NCBI RefSeq assembly: GCF_009914755.1
Contig: NC_060940.1
Length of the DNA stretch: 64,000 bases
Origin: the human T2T-CHM13v2.0 reference genome, Homo sapiens
Direction: 5' to 3' (one strand)
This document shows, in pieces, positions 13,921 to 26,619 of this stretch (position 1 is the first letter of the stretch; the number at the start of each line of letters is the position of its first letter). A program made the position numbers and the translations under genes. Under the pieces are notes generated by a model. It saw only the letters and a program-made list of their open reading frames with translations. It made no database searches and had not been told where the DNA came from.

Positions 13921-14460
13921 TCCTCTGGACTGAGTGTTGATGCCCCCGAAAATTTGTATGTGAAAATCTTAACCCTCAGTGTGATGGTATTTGGTGGTGG
14001 AGACTTTGAGAAGTGATTAGATCATGAGGTAGAGCCTCATCAGTGGGTTAGTGTCTTATAAAAGAGATCTCAGAAGGCTTGGTGTGGTGACTCGTGATTC
14101 GAGTTGCAGCACTTTGAGAGGATGAAGCAGGAAGATGGCATAAAGCCGGGAGTTTGATACCAGCCTGGGCAATTATGCAAAACTCCCATCTCTACAAAAA
14201 AAAATAATAATAATAAGATTAGCTGAAAATGGTGGTGTGCACTTGTAGTCCCAGCTAATTAGAAGGCTTACGTATGAGGATCAAAGGAGCCCAGGAGTTT
14301 GAGGCTGCAGTGAGCTATCATCACACCTCTGCACTCCAGCCTGGATGACAGAGGGAGACCACATCACTGAAAGATAATAATAGGGTTTTTTTTGTTGTTT
14401 TGCTTTGTTTTTGCAACCCCAGAGTGTGTGCTCTCTCTCTCTCTCTCTCTTCTGCTTTTC
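13921..14460 (+). mobile_element. MLT1A-like LTR, 5' part (with AluJ insertion)
   Basis: ctggactgagtgtt...aaccctcagtgtgatggtatttggtggtgg...cttataaaagag; resumes ccccagag at about 14416. Confidence 0.85.
14076..14382 (+). mobile_element. AluJ
   Basis: gagcccaggagtttgaggctgcagtgagctat diagnostic of J class; highly diverged. Confidence 0.88.
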
Positions 14461-14728
14461 TGATAGCAAAACAGTGACTACACTTACCAATAATTTATCG
14501 CATTAAAAACAACGGGAAAAACCGCAGTACTTTTCCACCAACCTAATACATTTTAAAATAAATAAAAGAGTGTAATTGGATTGTTTGTAACATGAAGAAT
14601 TAACGCTTGAGGTGATGGCCCCTACTTATCCTTATGTGATTATTGTGCATTGTATTTCTGTATCAAAATATCTCATCTACTTCATAAATATATAAACCAA
14701 CCATGTACCCATAAAAATTAAAAATAAA
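14461..14728 (+). mobile_element. L1MA (L1MA2/3-like) 3' end, inside the inverted block
   Basis: taattggattgtttgtaac...cttgaggtgatgg...tgtatcaaaatatctca...gtacccataaaaattaaaaataaa. Confidence 0.85.
14501..14546. mobile_element. MADE1 (Hsmar1 MITE), single arm
   Basis: aaaaaccgcagtacttttccaccaacctaa followed by TA matches the Hsmar1 TIR. Confidence 0.85.
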
Positions 14729-14984
14729 CGGAAACCTGTTTTTAATTAAATCCTTTAAAATAAATTATGAAGAGGTGTGTTGTTACTTTCTACATAGCTT
14801 ATTTGGTGCTAGCTTTCTCATATGTATTTGCCAACTAAGGTCTACCTGCCATCCCTACTCCCCATGCCTTGGCACCCCTATGATCATCTGGAACAGTGTT
14901 CAATGAAACATGAAACTTAAATTATAAAGAAAATTCAATTAAAGATTTGAAGCCAAGTGGTAGTTGGTGAGGAAGGAGGAATAT

Positions 14985-15068
14985 AATGTTTGTGGCCAGA
15001 TATCTCAAATTGCAATCTCAGCTTTGCCTTTAATACCTAAGGTACATTAGGCTTTTAGGCAAATTACA
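14985..15068 (+). mobile_element. MIR, second part (inverted relative to 13840-13920)
   Basis: ggccagatatctcaaattgcaatctcagctttgcc...ggcaaatta. Confidence 0.6.
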
Positions 15069-15242
15069 TGTATTAGTTGGTTTGGGCTGCTGTAATAGAA
15101 GATCATACACTGGGTGGCTTAAACAACAACCCATTTTTTTCTCATAGTTCTGTAGGGTAGGAATTCCAAGATTAAGGCACTGGCTGATTAGGTGTCTAGA
15201 GAAAGCCCTCTTTCTGATTCATAGACTGCTGTATTTTGGCTG
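15069..15242 (-). mobile_element. MLT1A-like LTR, 3' part (inverted)
   Basis: tgtattagttggtttgggctgct...ctgggtggcttaaacaac...ttccaagattaaggcactggctgatt. Confidence 0.88.
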
Positions 15243-17469
15243 AAATGATATCTCGTAATTTTCACTAGCATTTCTCTGATAATCAATGATGTTGAGCACC
15301 TTTTCGTATACCTGTTGGTTATCTGTATGTCTTCTTTTCAGACAGATCTTTTCAGATATTTTGTCCATTTTAAAAATTAGATTATAGTATTTTTTCCATT
15401 GTTTGAGCTCCCTATATATTCTCTTTCTAATCCATTAACAAATGAATAGTTTGCAAATAATTTCTCCCATTCTTATGGTTATCATTTTACTTTGTTGATT
15501 GTTTGCACTGATGTGCATAAGCTTATTAACTTGATGTGATCCAATTTTTCCTTTTTTTCCTTCGTTGCCTACTCTTTTGGGAAATCACTCAAGAAATCTT
15601 TCCCCAAACCAATGTCTTAGAGAGTTTCTTCAATGTTTTTTGTGGAGTAGAGTCATTATTTTAGATATTAGATTTAAGTCTTTAATCCATTTTGATTTGA
15701 CTTTTGTGTACAGCAAAATATAGGGGTCTAGTTTCATTATTTGCATGTGGATATCTAATTTTCCTAGCACGATTTATTGAAGAGACTGTCCTTTCCCCAA
15801 TGTATGTTCTTAGCAATTTTGTAAAAAATAAGTTCACTATAGATGTATGGGTTTATATTTTGTATTCTCTATTCTATTCCATTAATTTTATGTGTATATT
15901 TTTTATGGCACTGCCTTGCTGTTTTGGTTACTATAGCTCCATAGTGTATTTTGAAGTCAGGTAAGGTTATTCCTTCAGTTTTCTTCTTTTTGCTCAGAAT
16001 AGCTTTCGCTATTCCAGGATTTTTGTGATTCCATAAAAATTTTAGGATTTTTTTTCTATTTCTATGAAGAATGTCACAGGTATATTGATAAGGATTGCAT
16101 TCAATCTGTAGATTATTTTGGGTAAAATTGACATTTTAACAACATTGATTTATCTAATCTGTGAACATGAAATGTCTTCATTTTTTGTGTTCTCCTCATT
16201 TTTGCATCAATTTTTAAAATAGTTTTGATTGTAAAGATCTTTCACTTCTTTGGTTAAGTTTATTCATAGGTATTTCATTTTATTTGTAGCTATTGTAAGC
16301 TATTATAAGTGTAAAAAAGTAAGCTATTACTTTTTTATTTATTTTTCAGATTACTCATGGTTGACATATAGAAATGGTACTAATTTTTGTATGTTGATTT
16401 GGTATCCTGCAACTTTAATGAATTTGTTCATCAGTTCTAATAGTATTTTTTTTGTGGAGTCTTTAGGTTTTTCCAAATATAAGATCATGTCAACTGCAAA
16501 CAAAGATAATTTAACTTCTTCCTATCCAATTTGGATGTTCTTTATATATTTGTCTTGTCTGATTGCTCTACCTAGGACTTCCAGCACTATGTTGAATAAT
16601 CGTGGTAAAAGTGGACATGCTTGCTGTGTTCCAGATCTTAGAAGCAGTCTTTCAGTTTTTTTCCTATTCAGTATGATACTAGCTGTAGGTCTGTCATATA
16701 TCCCTTTTATTGTGTTGAGATAGGTTCTTTCTATATCCAGTTTTTTTTTTTTGAGGGCTTTTATCATGATGGGATGTTGATTTTTATTAAATGCTTTTTT
16801 CAATATTAATTGAAAGTATCATGTGGGTTTTCTCCTTTATTATGTTGATATGGTGTATCACATTGATTGATTTGTGTATATATAACCATTCTTGCATCCT
16901 TGGCAGAACCCCCACTTTGTCATGATGAATGATCTTTTTAATGTGTCACTGAATTTGGTTTGCTAGTATTTTGTTGAGGATATTTGCATCAATGTTCATC
17001 AGGGAGATTGGCCTGTAGTTTCCTTCTTTTAATGTTTCTTTCTTTGATTTGGGTATCAGGGTAATAATGACCTTGTAGAATGAGTTCGAAAGTACTACCT
17101 TTCTCTCCCTCTCTCTCTCTCTCTCTCTCTGTCTCTTTTGAACAGTTTGAGTAGGATTGGTATTTGTTCTTTTAATGTTTGGTAAAATTCAACAGTAAAG
17201 CTATCAGGTCCCTGGCTTTTCTTTGAGGGGAGATTTTTTATAATGGCTTCGATATCATTATTTGTTATTGATTGGTTTGGGTTTTGTATTTCTTCATGTT
17301 TCAATCTTGATAGGTTGTGTATTTCCAGAAATTTATCCATTTCTTCTAGATTTTCAAATTTATTGGCATATAGTTGCTCATAGTAGCCCCTAATGATTCT
17401 TTGTGTTTCCACAGAATTGGTTTTGAGGCCTTAATTTTCATCTTTGATTTTATTTATTTGGGTTTTCTT

Positions 17470-17501
<32 letters not shown>

Positions 17502-18368
17502 TTCTTTCTTTCTTTCTTTTAGTTAGGCTAAATGTTTGTTGTTTGTTGACTTTATTTATCCTATCAAAAACAGCTTTTCATTTCATTGATCTTTAGTATT
17601 TTTTTCACTCCAATTTCACTTATTTCTGCTCTGATCTTTTTTATTTCTTTTCTTCTATTAATTCTGGGTTTGGTTTTTCTTGCTTTTCTAGTTCTTTAAG
17701 ATGCATTGTTAGGTTTTTATTTGAAGTTTTTCTGCTTTTTTTTTTGATGTAGGTGTTCATTGCTATAAGGTTTCCTCTTGTTACTGCTTTTGCTGTATCC
17801 CATACATTTTGTTATGTTTTGTTTCCATTTTTTTTTTTGTTTCAAGAAATTTTTTAATTTACCTCTTAATTTCTTTATTGATCCACTGGTTATTTAGGGA
17901 TATATTGTTTAATTTACATGTGTTTCTATAGTTTTCCAAATTCCTCTTGTTATTGATTTCTTGTTTTATTCCATTGTGGTCAGAGAAGACACTTCATACA
18001 CTTTCAATTTTTTTTGAATTGTTAAGACTTGTTTTGTAACCTAACAAATGGTCTATCCTTGAGTATGATTCATGTGCAGAGGAGGAAGAATGTGTATTCT
18101 GCAGCTGTTGGATAAAATGTTCTGTAAATAACTATCAGATCCATTTGGTTTATATGATAGACCAAATCTAGGTGATTCAGGTCTGTCTTTCCTACAATTT
18201 TCAGTGCCTTTTTTCTTAATATGATGTTAAAACCAGGTGCTGTGATTGCTCACCAGATGTTTGGTTTTTATGAGGGTGCTTTTTGTGTGGAGAGTTGTTC
18301 AATTTGTTGTTCTTGTTGGGGTAAAAATAGCTGGGGGTTTCTATTCAGCCATCTTGCTCGGCCTTCTC
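15243..18368 (-). mobile_element. L1MA body (decayed ORF2) joined to its extreme 5' end
   Basis: ORF2-like translations ([19 protein letters not shown]) over 15243-18170; L1M 5' terminus (cagccatcttgctc) at 18171-18368. Confidence 0.88.
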
Positions 18369-18512
18369 TAAGACAGTTTTTAAAAAAATATTTATTGAGT
18401 TTCTACTATAAGTAAAACAAACAAGTCATTGGTCAACTCTAACAATATGTTATGTGTACTTATGAAGCTTAGAAAACAAAAGTCAAAGCAGATGTTGATA
18501 TTAATTAAATAA

Positions 18513-18624
18513 TAGGAAAAATAACTCTTCCTGTTCTTCTGGGACTGTCCCCGTTTTAGAAGGAAAGTCTACCTCCCAGGAACTCCCTCAGTACCAATTC
18601 AACATGGTATGCTTGGTAAGCCTA
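18513..18624. mobile_element. MER81-like hAT-Blackjack MITE
   Basis: tagg...gggactgtccccgttttag...gaaagtc...ccctcagt...ccta; 8-bp TSD ttaaataa / tcaaataa. Confidence 0.75.
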
Positions 18625-18966
18625 TCAAATAATCATATGATAGATACAGAATTACAGCTATCACTATTGTTAAAAGACAGAAAAGCATGAAGTTACAGAT
18701 TTCTATGATGGTGAAGGGCCTGATTGGAGGTCTAAAGTGTATTCTCCATAGAAAGGAAATGTGAAAAAATAGTCAAAGAAAGAGGAGGTGCTCACCTGAT
18801 ACATATTGGAAGAAAAGTTTTATGTAGTGAAATTGGCATTTAAGAAGGATCATGGTAGAAGATAGCTTGTTTAGTGTGAGAGCTATACAAAGTCAGTGTG
18901 GCTGGGGCCCACGAACCAAGCGGCTCATGGTGAGACATGCGTCTGAATTACACACCAGGATTCAGA

Positions 18967-19798
18967 CCAGACTCAGCAAGCGTTTTCTATAAAGTGTCAT
19001 ATGGTATAAAAAATTGTAAGACAGCTTTAAAGATTTCCAGAATTGTTGTATAGGCTCCTCGTTCCAAATATTAAATCAAACATGAATCCAACCACTTCTG
19101 GAAAGGAAATGTTATTAAGGTCCCAAATCAGGTGACCTTAAGATAGAGAGGTTATCCTTTTGGGCCTGACCTATCACATAAACATTTAAATCTTAGTTCT
19201 AGAGGTCAGAAATAGAGGAATTCAGAGATTTCCAGCACAAGGGGATTTAACTCACAAGACATTCTCCATTGCTGCCTTTAATATGGAAGAAATCATGTGG
19301 CAAGAACTGTGGGCAGCCCTAGGAGCTGAAAGCAGCCACTAATGATAACTATTAAGCAACTGGGAGTCTTGCCACTCAAAGGAATTGCATTTTCTAAACG
19401 GGCAGTTAGAGGAAGACCCTAAATCTTAAATAATACAGTAGCTCTAGACAACATCTTGATTTCAGTCACGTGAGACCCTGAACAGAGAACACGGTCATAC
19501 TGTGCCAACTCCTGACACATAGAGACTGGGAAATAACATACTTTTGTTGTTTCAAGCTAATAATTTTGCAGTGATTAGTTATGCAGTAATAGAAAACAAA
19601 CACAGTAAATATAGTAATTCTTTTTTAACTACTGGGCATTACAGTTTCTGCTGCAACTAGTCAACTATGTCATTATAGTGCAAAATCAGCCATAGATAGT
19701 ACATAAATGAATATGTATGTCTATACTCCAATAAAATTTCACTTACAAATAAAGTCGTAAATATATTTGGCTTTTGTGTTATAATTTTCAGACTCCTA
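18967..19798 (-). mobile_element. MER58A hAT MITE split by MLT1E
   Basis: cagcaagcgttttctataaag..., then ctgcaactagtcaactatg...cagccataga...ccaataaaa. Confidence 0.75.
19015..19604 (+). mobile_element. MLT1E-like MaLR solo LTR
   Basis: aaggtcccaaatcaggtgaccttaagatagagaggttatc...gttatgcagtaatagaaaacaaacaca. Confidence 0.8.
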
Positions 19799-20486
19799 AT
19801 ATAGAAAATCTAAGGAGTTGTATACATTGTTAAGGAGTTTTTGCTTTAGCCTAACTAAAATGGAAAAGCATTGTATGGCTTTAGGGTGGTGATAAATGAT
19901 TGCATTTACATTTTGAAGATCAATCTGCCTAAGACTTTGGTAATGAATAATTGAATGAAGTAGATCAATATGAAAAGTGTAGAATAATTTTTTGGCTATT
20001 GCACTTGATATCTCTTGCTAGGAGAATGGTTACCGGAAGAGTGATAGGGAAAATCTTCAATCTGGGCACGTGTGTGAATATGCATGCATGTGTGTGTGTT
20101 TCCATTCATATACAGGTATAAACTCTCTACAAAGATAGGAGTTGTGTTTTGTGACATTTTTGCTCTAATGAATAAACAGATTCTGCAACATTTGTAATGT
20201 AACTCTAAAAAAAAATGACTGAGCTTTTTCTACGACAATGGCATCACATTGATTAAATGAACATTTCCTGTACCTAGTGGATTCATATGAATTATAGGGA
20301 AGAAAACGGCTCTACTGACCCGGTGATTTAATGTTCTCTTCCTAACAACTTGCAAAACTTTATAAGATGATGAGAAGGATATCACCAGAGGCATTTTGAA
20401 ATGGTCTGAAAATTGATCAAGGCTAGACAACAGCTTCCTTATTGCCTTACCTCTTCTCACACAATGCTGTTTGAAATAGTATTTTG

Positions 20487-20916
<430 letters not shown>

Positions 20917-21131
20917 TTATGAAATAAGACACCCCGCTCAATAATTGACACATAGCAGGTATCAAGTGAATTTTAGTGGAATTGGAATCCAACTTGGCTA
21001 AAATAAAGACAGTTTTTATTGAACCTAGGTTTAATATACTAAACAAAGTCAGTAACTATGGTGAATACCAAGCTATTTAGAGTTCAGCATTACTTTTCTT
21101 CAAAAAGAAATGCAAAATTAAAAGAGAAAAA

Positions 21132-21580
21132 TGTTGCAAGACATTTCTCCCTGGGTCTTTCATATTCCTACATGTGTTGCTGTGTGCTACGCTTCAAGAC
21201 ATTGACCACTCTTTACCTTGGACCATTTTTCAGTGTAATGTTTACAGCAAGCAATTGAGGGATGAGTTAACATCTCCCCTAGGAACAAAGGCTTATTTGC
21301 TGACTGCTCACTGTGAAATAGAGAATTTCTTAAGCTTAGCAATCCTCTTTTGTGATACAATCCATGATTTATGCAGGCACCTGTGTAGGCCCTCTGCATG
21401 GATTTGGGAGGCAAGTGGAATTAACAGAAACATGCTAATACTCATGCTACCTGCTGTGTCATGAGTAATGAAATTCTTTGTCTCTGAGTGAGAAGTTCAT
21501 ATCTTCTGTCAGTATCTGTCATAGAGTATTTGGACTTACTTTATCATGTTATAAATAAAGAATGATTCCCAGTGCAGAAA
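21132..21580 (+). mobile_element. LTR40-like solo LTR (ERVL)
   Basis: Start tgttgcaagacatttctccctgggtct; ctcatgctacctgctgtgtcatgagtaatgaa. Confidence 0.7.
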
Positions 21581-22033
21581 AAAGTTTTCAAGGTTTTATA
21601 TCTTGCATAAATATTCCAGGTTGACTACTTTGAACAACATGTTCTCAAATATTTTCCCAAATATTTATGAAAGGATATCATAACTAGTGACATAAATCAT
21701 GATAATGTTATGGTTGACAAAGCATTCTTTCAAAAGGTTGCTTTAGTTCCTCAAACTTTAAGTTAACTAAGAAAGATATTATCATTCCAAGTATAAATGT
21801 AAACGTTGCTCAGAAGGTTTTTACAATGTTTTTCAAAGCAGTGTAGTGTTTAAAAGTTAGGTTCCTACTTATAATTTGAAGATTCTGACTTCTGTTGTTT
21901 AAACGTATTATTTATAAAAATAGTACAGTGAAAAATACATTTATTGTAATTATTGATTCATGTATTTATTAGCAACATTTCTCAAAATTTATTGTGTTAT
22001 GCTAATTGTATAACGTTATATAATATGTGTTCT

Positions 22034-22060
22034 GTGTGTGCGTGTGTGTGTGTGTGTGTG
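22034..22060. repeat. (TG)n microsatellite
   Basis: Directly visible. Confidence 0.95.
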
Positions 22061-22562
22061 AGAAAATCAATTGCACATAATACGTAGCAGATACAATGCA
22101 GACAAGTGGTTAGAATGTCTAGTTTGTTTTATAAGGTAAATAAGAAAGTTTTGTTTGGTTGGTTGACTTTGCTTCATAGCTCAAATATGTTTTTTGAAAT
22201 AATTTTGGGAATTTTAATTGTGCTTTCAGTGATTGAGTCAAAGATAGGAAGGAGAAAAGGGTAAAGTCAGGAAAAGAGTTGGTGAGAACCGTCAACTTTC
22301 ACACAGAGACCCAGGTATTGGAACCTCAGATTGAACCAAATCCCAGGTTCTTTTGTTTCCTTGGGGGAGTAAATCACAAAATTTATTTAAAGTCCTCTTC
22401 ATAGCTTGCAGTGCTCTGAATATCATGTTTCAAGTGTATGAGTAAGCTTTGTATATTCCTTATAGTGAATGCTTGGATTCCTTATTGACACATAGATTGA
22501 AGTTCTTAATTGTCAAGACTAAGAGGCAATTGAAGGAATAACTTGGTGAAATGCTCTAGTTA

Positions 22563-23170
<608 letters not shown>

Positions 23171-24249
23171 TTAATAAAAAAAATCATATTAATAAAATCA
23201 CAAACATACAGGAATTATTATAAAATCTGTATTTATTTGTAAGGAGAAAGAGGAGAAATCAGGCAAACGAACTAGGAGAGAGAGGATAAATTACATAAAA
23301 TTTAAAAAAGTTGGGGGGGCTAAATAATAGTTAAGGAAGAGAAAATATAAAAGAGAACAACCAGGAAGAAAAAGGCATAGAGAGGCTAGACAGAAAGAAA
23401 GAAAGAAAAAAAGGAAAATAAAAGAAAAGTCAAACTTTTAGTTTAGCTTCACTTTCTTTCTACATGATTAGTAAATCAACAGGGGAGACAGAACCTTAGA
23501 GCCGGAAGAGAGAGGAGAAAATAGCTGCTTTTCAGACACTTGACTTAATCACGCCTGGTCTCTAGCTGGCAGCCTCCGCATATTCCCCTGACAGCACCTG
23601 GAGAAGGTTCCTGTACAACACCGAAGGGGTGATGGGAAAGTATGACATGTGGCACCAGGGCAAGATCTGATCCTTGACAAATGAAATCTGTCAGCCATCT
23701 CCTCAAAGGCTGCCACCTTTCATATCCCTGCTTGGCTGAGCTAGCTTTATATAGAGACTTATGGTATTATTCAGCTGGTTTGATTTTCCTTTTTATGACA
23801 ACCCTCCCCTGGAGACCATCCATCTCTTACAATCCTGGAGAATGACTCTAACTGAATGATATTTTAATGTAATTTATAACTCTCTACTGTAAACACAAAT
23901 GCGGGTTGTTTCTTAGCACTGGAAGTAATGCTAGTGGCCAGTCTTGAGCCTTTATTATTTTGAATGAAGTTAGTACCAAAATGGTTGAAGAATTTAGATA
24001 GGAAATTTTAATAGAGCTCAAAGAAAGAAGAAACAAATGCAAAACGAATAAACAAACATAAACACTCCGAAAAAAATCGAAAGAATGAGTTTTAGCTTTC
24101 TATGATTATTAATTTTGTATTGTTGAACTTCACAGGCAGTTATGAAGATTATGTAAATAATTCATGATTAAGACTTACTAACAAAGTTGTAGGAAATAGT
24201 ACCCAGTACTGCATGATTCTAAAGATGCAAGAAACCTTAAGATGTACCT

Positions 24250-24504
24250 ATTCCATTGGAAGATCTAAACTCTTAAGATGTTTATTCTCCCTAAATTTAT
24301 TATAGATTCACAACAGTTCCAGTCAAAATAGCAATAGAAGGTCTGTTATTTTTTGTTGTTGTTTCTGGAAATTGATGAGAAAGTTTTAAAATTCCTATGG
24401 AAATGCACAGGATAACCAAGGTAATCTTGAAGGACACCAAGGTCAAGGGCTTACAGTACCTGATTTCAAGACCTACTATAAAGGTCAGTAATTAAGAAAG
24501 TGTG
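24250..24504 (+). mobile_element. Old L1M ORF2 fragment
   Basis: ctaaatt...tatagattcaa...ggaaattga...aaaattcctatggaaatgca...cctgatttcaagacctactataaag. Confidence 0.75.
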
Positions 24505-24545
24505 GGCTGGGCGAGTTGGCTCATGCCTGTAATCCCAGCACACAC

Positions 24546-24586
<41 letters not shown>

Positions 24587-24806
24587 ACACATACACAGTG
24601 GCTTTTATGCACTTTGGGAGGCCAAGGCAGCGGATCACGATGTCAGAAGATCGAGACCATCCTGGCCAACATGGTGAAACCCCGTCTCTACTAAAAATAC
24701 AAAAATTAGCCGGGTGGGGTATTGGGTGCCTTTAGTCCCAGCTACTCAGGAGGCTGAGGCAGGAGAATTGCTTGAACCAGGAGGCGGAGGTTGCAGTGAG
24801 CCACTG
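24505..24806 (+). mobile_element. AluSc-like with internal (CA)n insert, 3'-truncated
   Basis: gatcacga...agatcgagaccatcctggccaac; insert at 24542-24608; no poly(A) and no right TSD. Confidence 0.9.
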
Positions 24807-24809
24807 CTT

Positions 24810-25488
24810 ATCTGTGTAGATGTCTGCTTAACATTTACCTCTGTTAAAAAAAATGTTATTCCTGGTGTTGGCCTCTGTTTCATTCTACTCTAATTGTTAA
24901 AAATTTATTTCATGTTATTCAGACCAATTTGAAAATTTTCTTATGAATATATTTATCAAAAAATTGTATTCATATTAATTATAATATAATATTAATACAA
25001 TAATTATAAATAGAGATTTTGGCTATAGGATGCTGTAATCTGAAAATAATATTTTACATGAATAATTGATAATGATTTTACATGTATGTTTTATTGTAAA
25101 GTTTGACTATGTGGTTAAAAATAAGATAATTTTAAGAATAAGCAATTCCATTAGGAAAAGTTTTTGAAGATAGAAGAAATAAGAACTCAAGTAGAGAAAA
25201 CTGAATATAAAATTTCTGGTAAAGAAATTTTTTTGTGAATGTATAGAATGATTAATAGTGGTTATCAACTTGCTATAGGATTTTCATTTCATTGGATACA
25301 CTTTATAAGAATGATTTAAATGTCTTACTTAAAAATGTTAGTATTTAAAGTGTGCCAAGTATTATTACAACACTTGCAACTACCTGCTCTTAAAATGAAA
25401 TGTTATTTGTCAATTTAAATACATGAAAGGGAGTGAGGTTTTCAGAATTCATTTGGAAATACACAAACAAAAAAGTTGAAGACCACTG
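24810..25488. mobile_element. hAT-Charlie (Charlie4-like) terminal fragment
   Basis: Ends in caaaaaagttgaagaccactg, a Charlie-type TIR; left boundary uncertain. Confidence 0.55.
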
Positions 25489-26619
25489 TCTGAGAACATA
25501 AAAGTAGCTATCTAGAAACTGTCACCATGTGGACGAGCACAGAATTCCTGCTGTCCTACAAAGTCGTTCCAGGCCTCCTCTGAAACTCTCAGGATGAAGT
25601 TCACATAGGAACACCCTATGGCCTCAATGACTTCTGCAGCCTCATTTCCTGGGTTCTATTTTCCATACTCACGTAGAAGGATCCCCAAAGACAGAACACA
25701 GGGTACTTTTCTGAAAGACCCCAGCCTGTTTCCCAGAGGGCTTGCTGTTTCTGCCTTGAATTCACTCTACACACCAAATGAACAAGCTAACAATTCCTGC
25801 TCCTCAAAATTCAGCTCAGCATCATCCCCTCCTCTGGAAACACTCCTAGGTGACCACATAAAGATTTGTATTTTTGTTAGGATTAGAACCTTTACTGAGT
25901 TAAATATTTGTCTTCACCAATGTCAAAATTTATGTACTCCTTCAGGGCGGGGCTTTTCTGGTTTTGTTCTGTTTTTTGTTTTTGTTTTTCTGCTTTGCTT
26001 CCCTCTTTAAAATTTGAGGGTTTAAACGCTATCTATTTTACAACACGCAAATGATTGTAGAATGATTGAATTTAAGAATAAACACACATTGAATTTACTT
26101 TTCTTTTTCCATAGAGCGAGTTCATGCATTTGAAATTACTGAAAAGGCATATCTTAATGACTTCAAATTTTAAACTTGATAATACTTGAAAAGCAAATTT
26201 CTGTTTTATTTTCAAAATATTAAATTATTTAAGAAATATTAGCTACATAGAATGCCAGAGAGACTTACAGTATTAAAAAGATAATTCTGTAATTATAGAT
26301 ATTATACTTTGATTTTCTTAGTAAATAAGTCTTCCTAAAGGCAGCATTCTCTAAGTATTTTGAGATGGGTTCTGCAACCCTGCTATTAATTTTCTGTGGT
26401 ACAGTGTCTGCTCTAATTATTAGAATTCACAGTATTGTGCTGTCTTAAATATCCTATCTATTTGGAAAATCTATAATGAAATGATTTGATTTGATTTGCT
26501 CATGATGGCTAAAAAGATTAAGATGAGTAAGCAGTAAACCCTAGCAAACCTTTAAAAAAATCAAAAAAATAAAAATCCTTACCCTGCAATCCACCTCTAG
26601 TGCCAGGTTTAGGACCGAA

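Larger units (their letters stand above)
18385..19950 (-). mobile_element. L2 fragments hosting MER81, MER58A and MLT1E
   Basis: aaatatttattgagtttctactat (reverse L2 3' end) plus downstream L2-like segments. Confidence 0.55.

Noticed and set aside
14461-18368. Twin priming as the cause of the opposite L1MA orientations
   Set aside because: The geometry is wrong and non-L1 DNA (MLT1A, MIR) is inverted with it
23590-23610. RE1/REST-like acagcacctggagaag
   Set aside because: One-nt spacer and mismatches against TCAGCACCnnGGACAG
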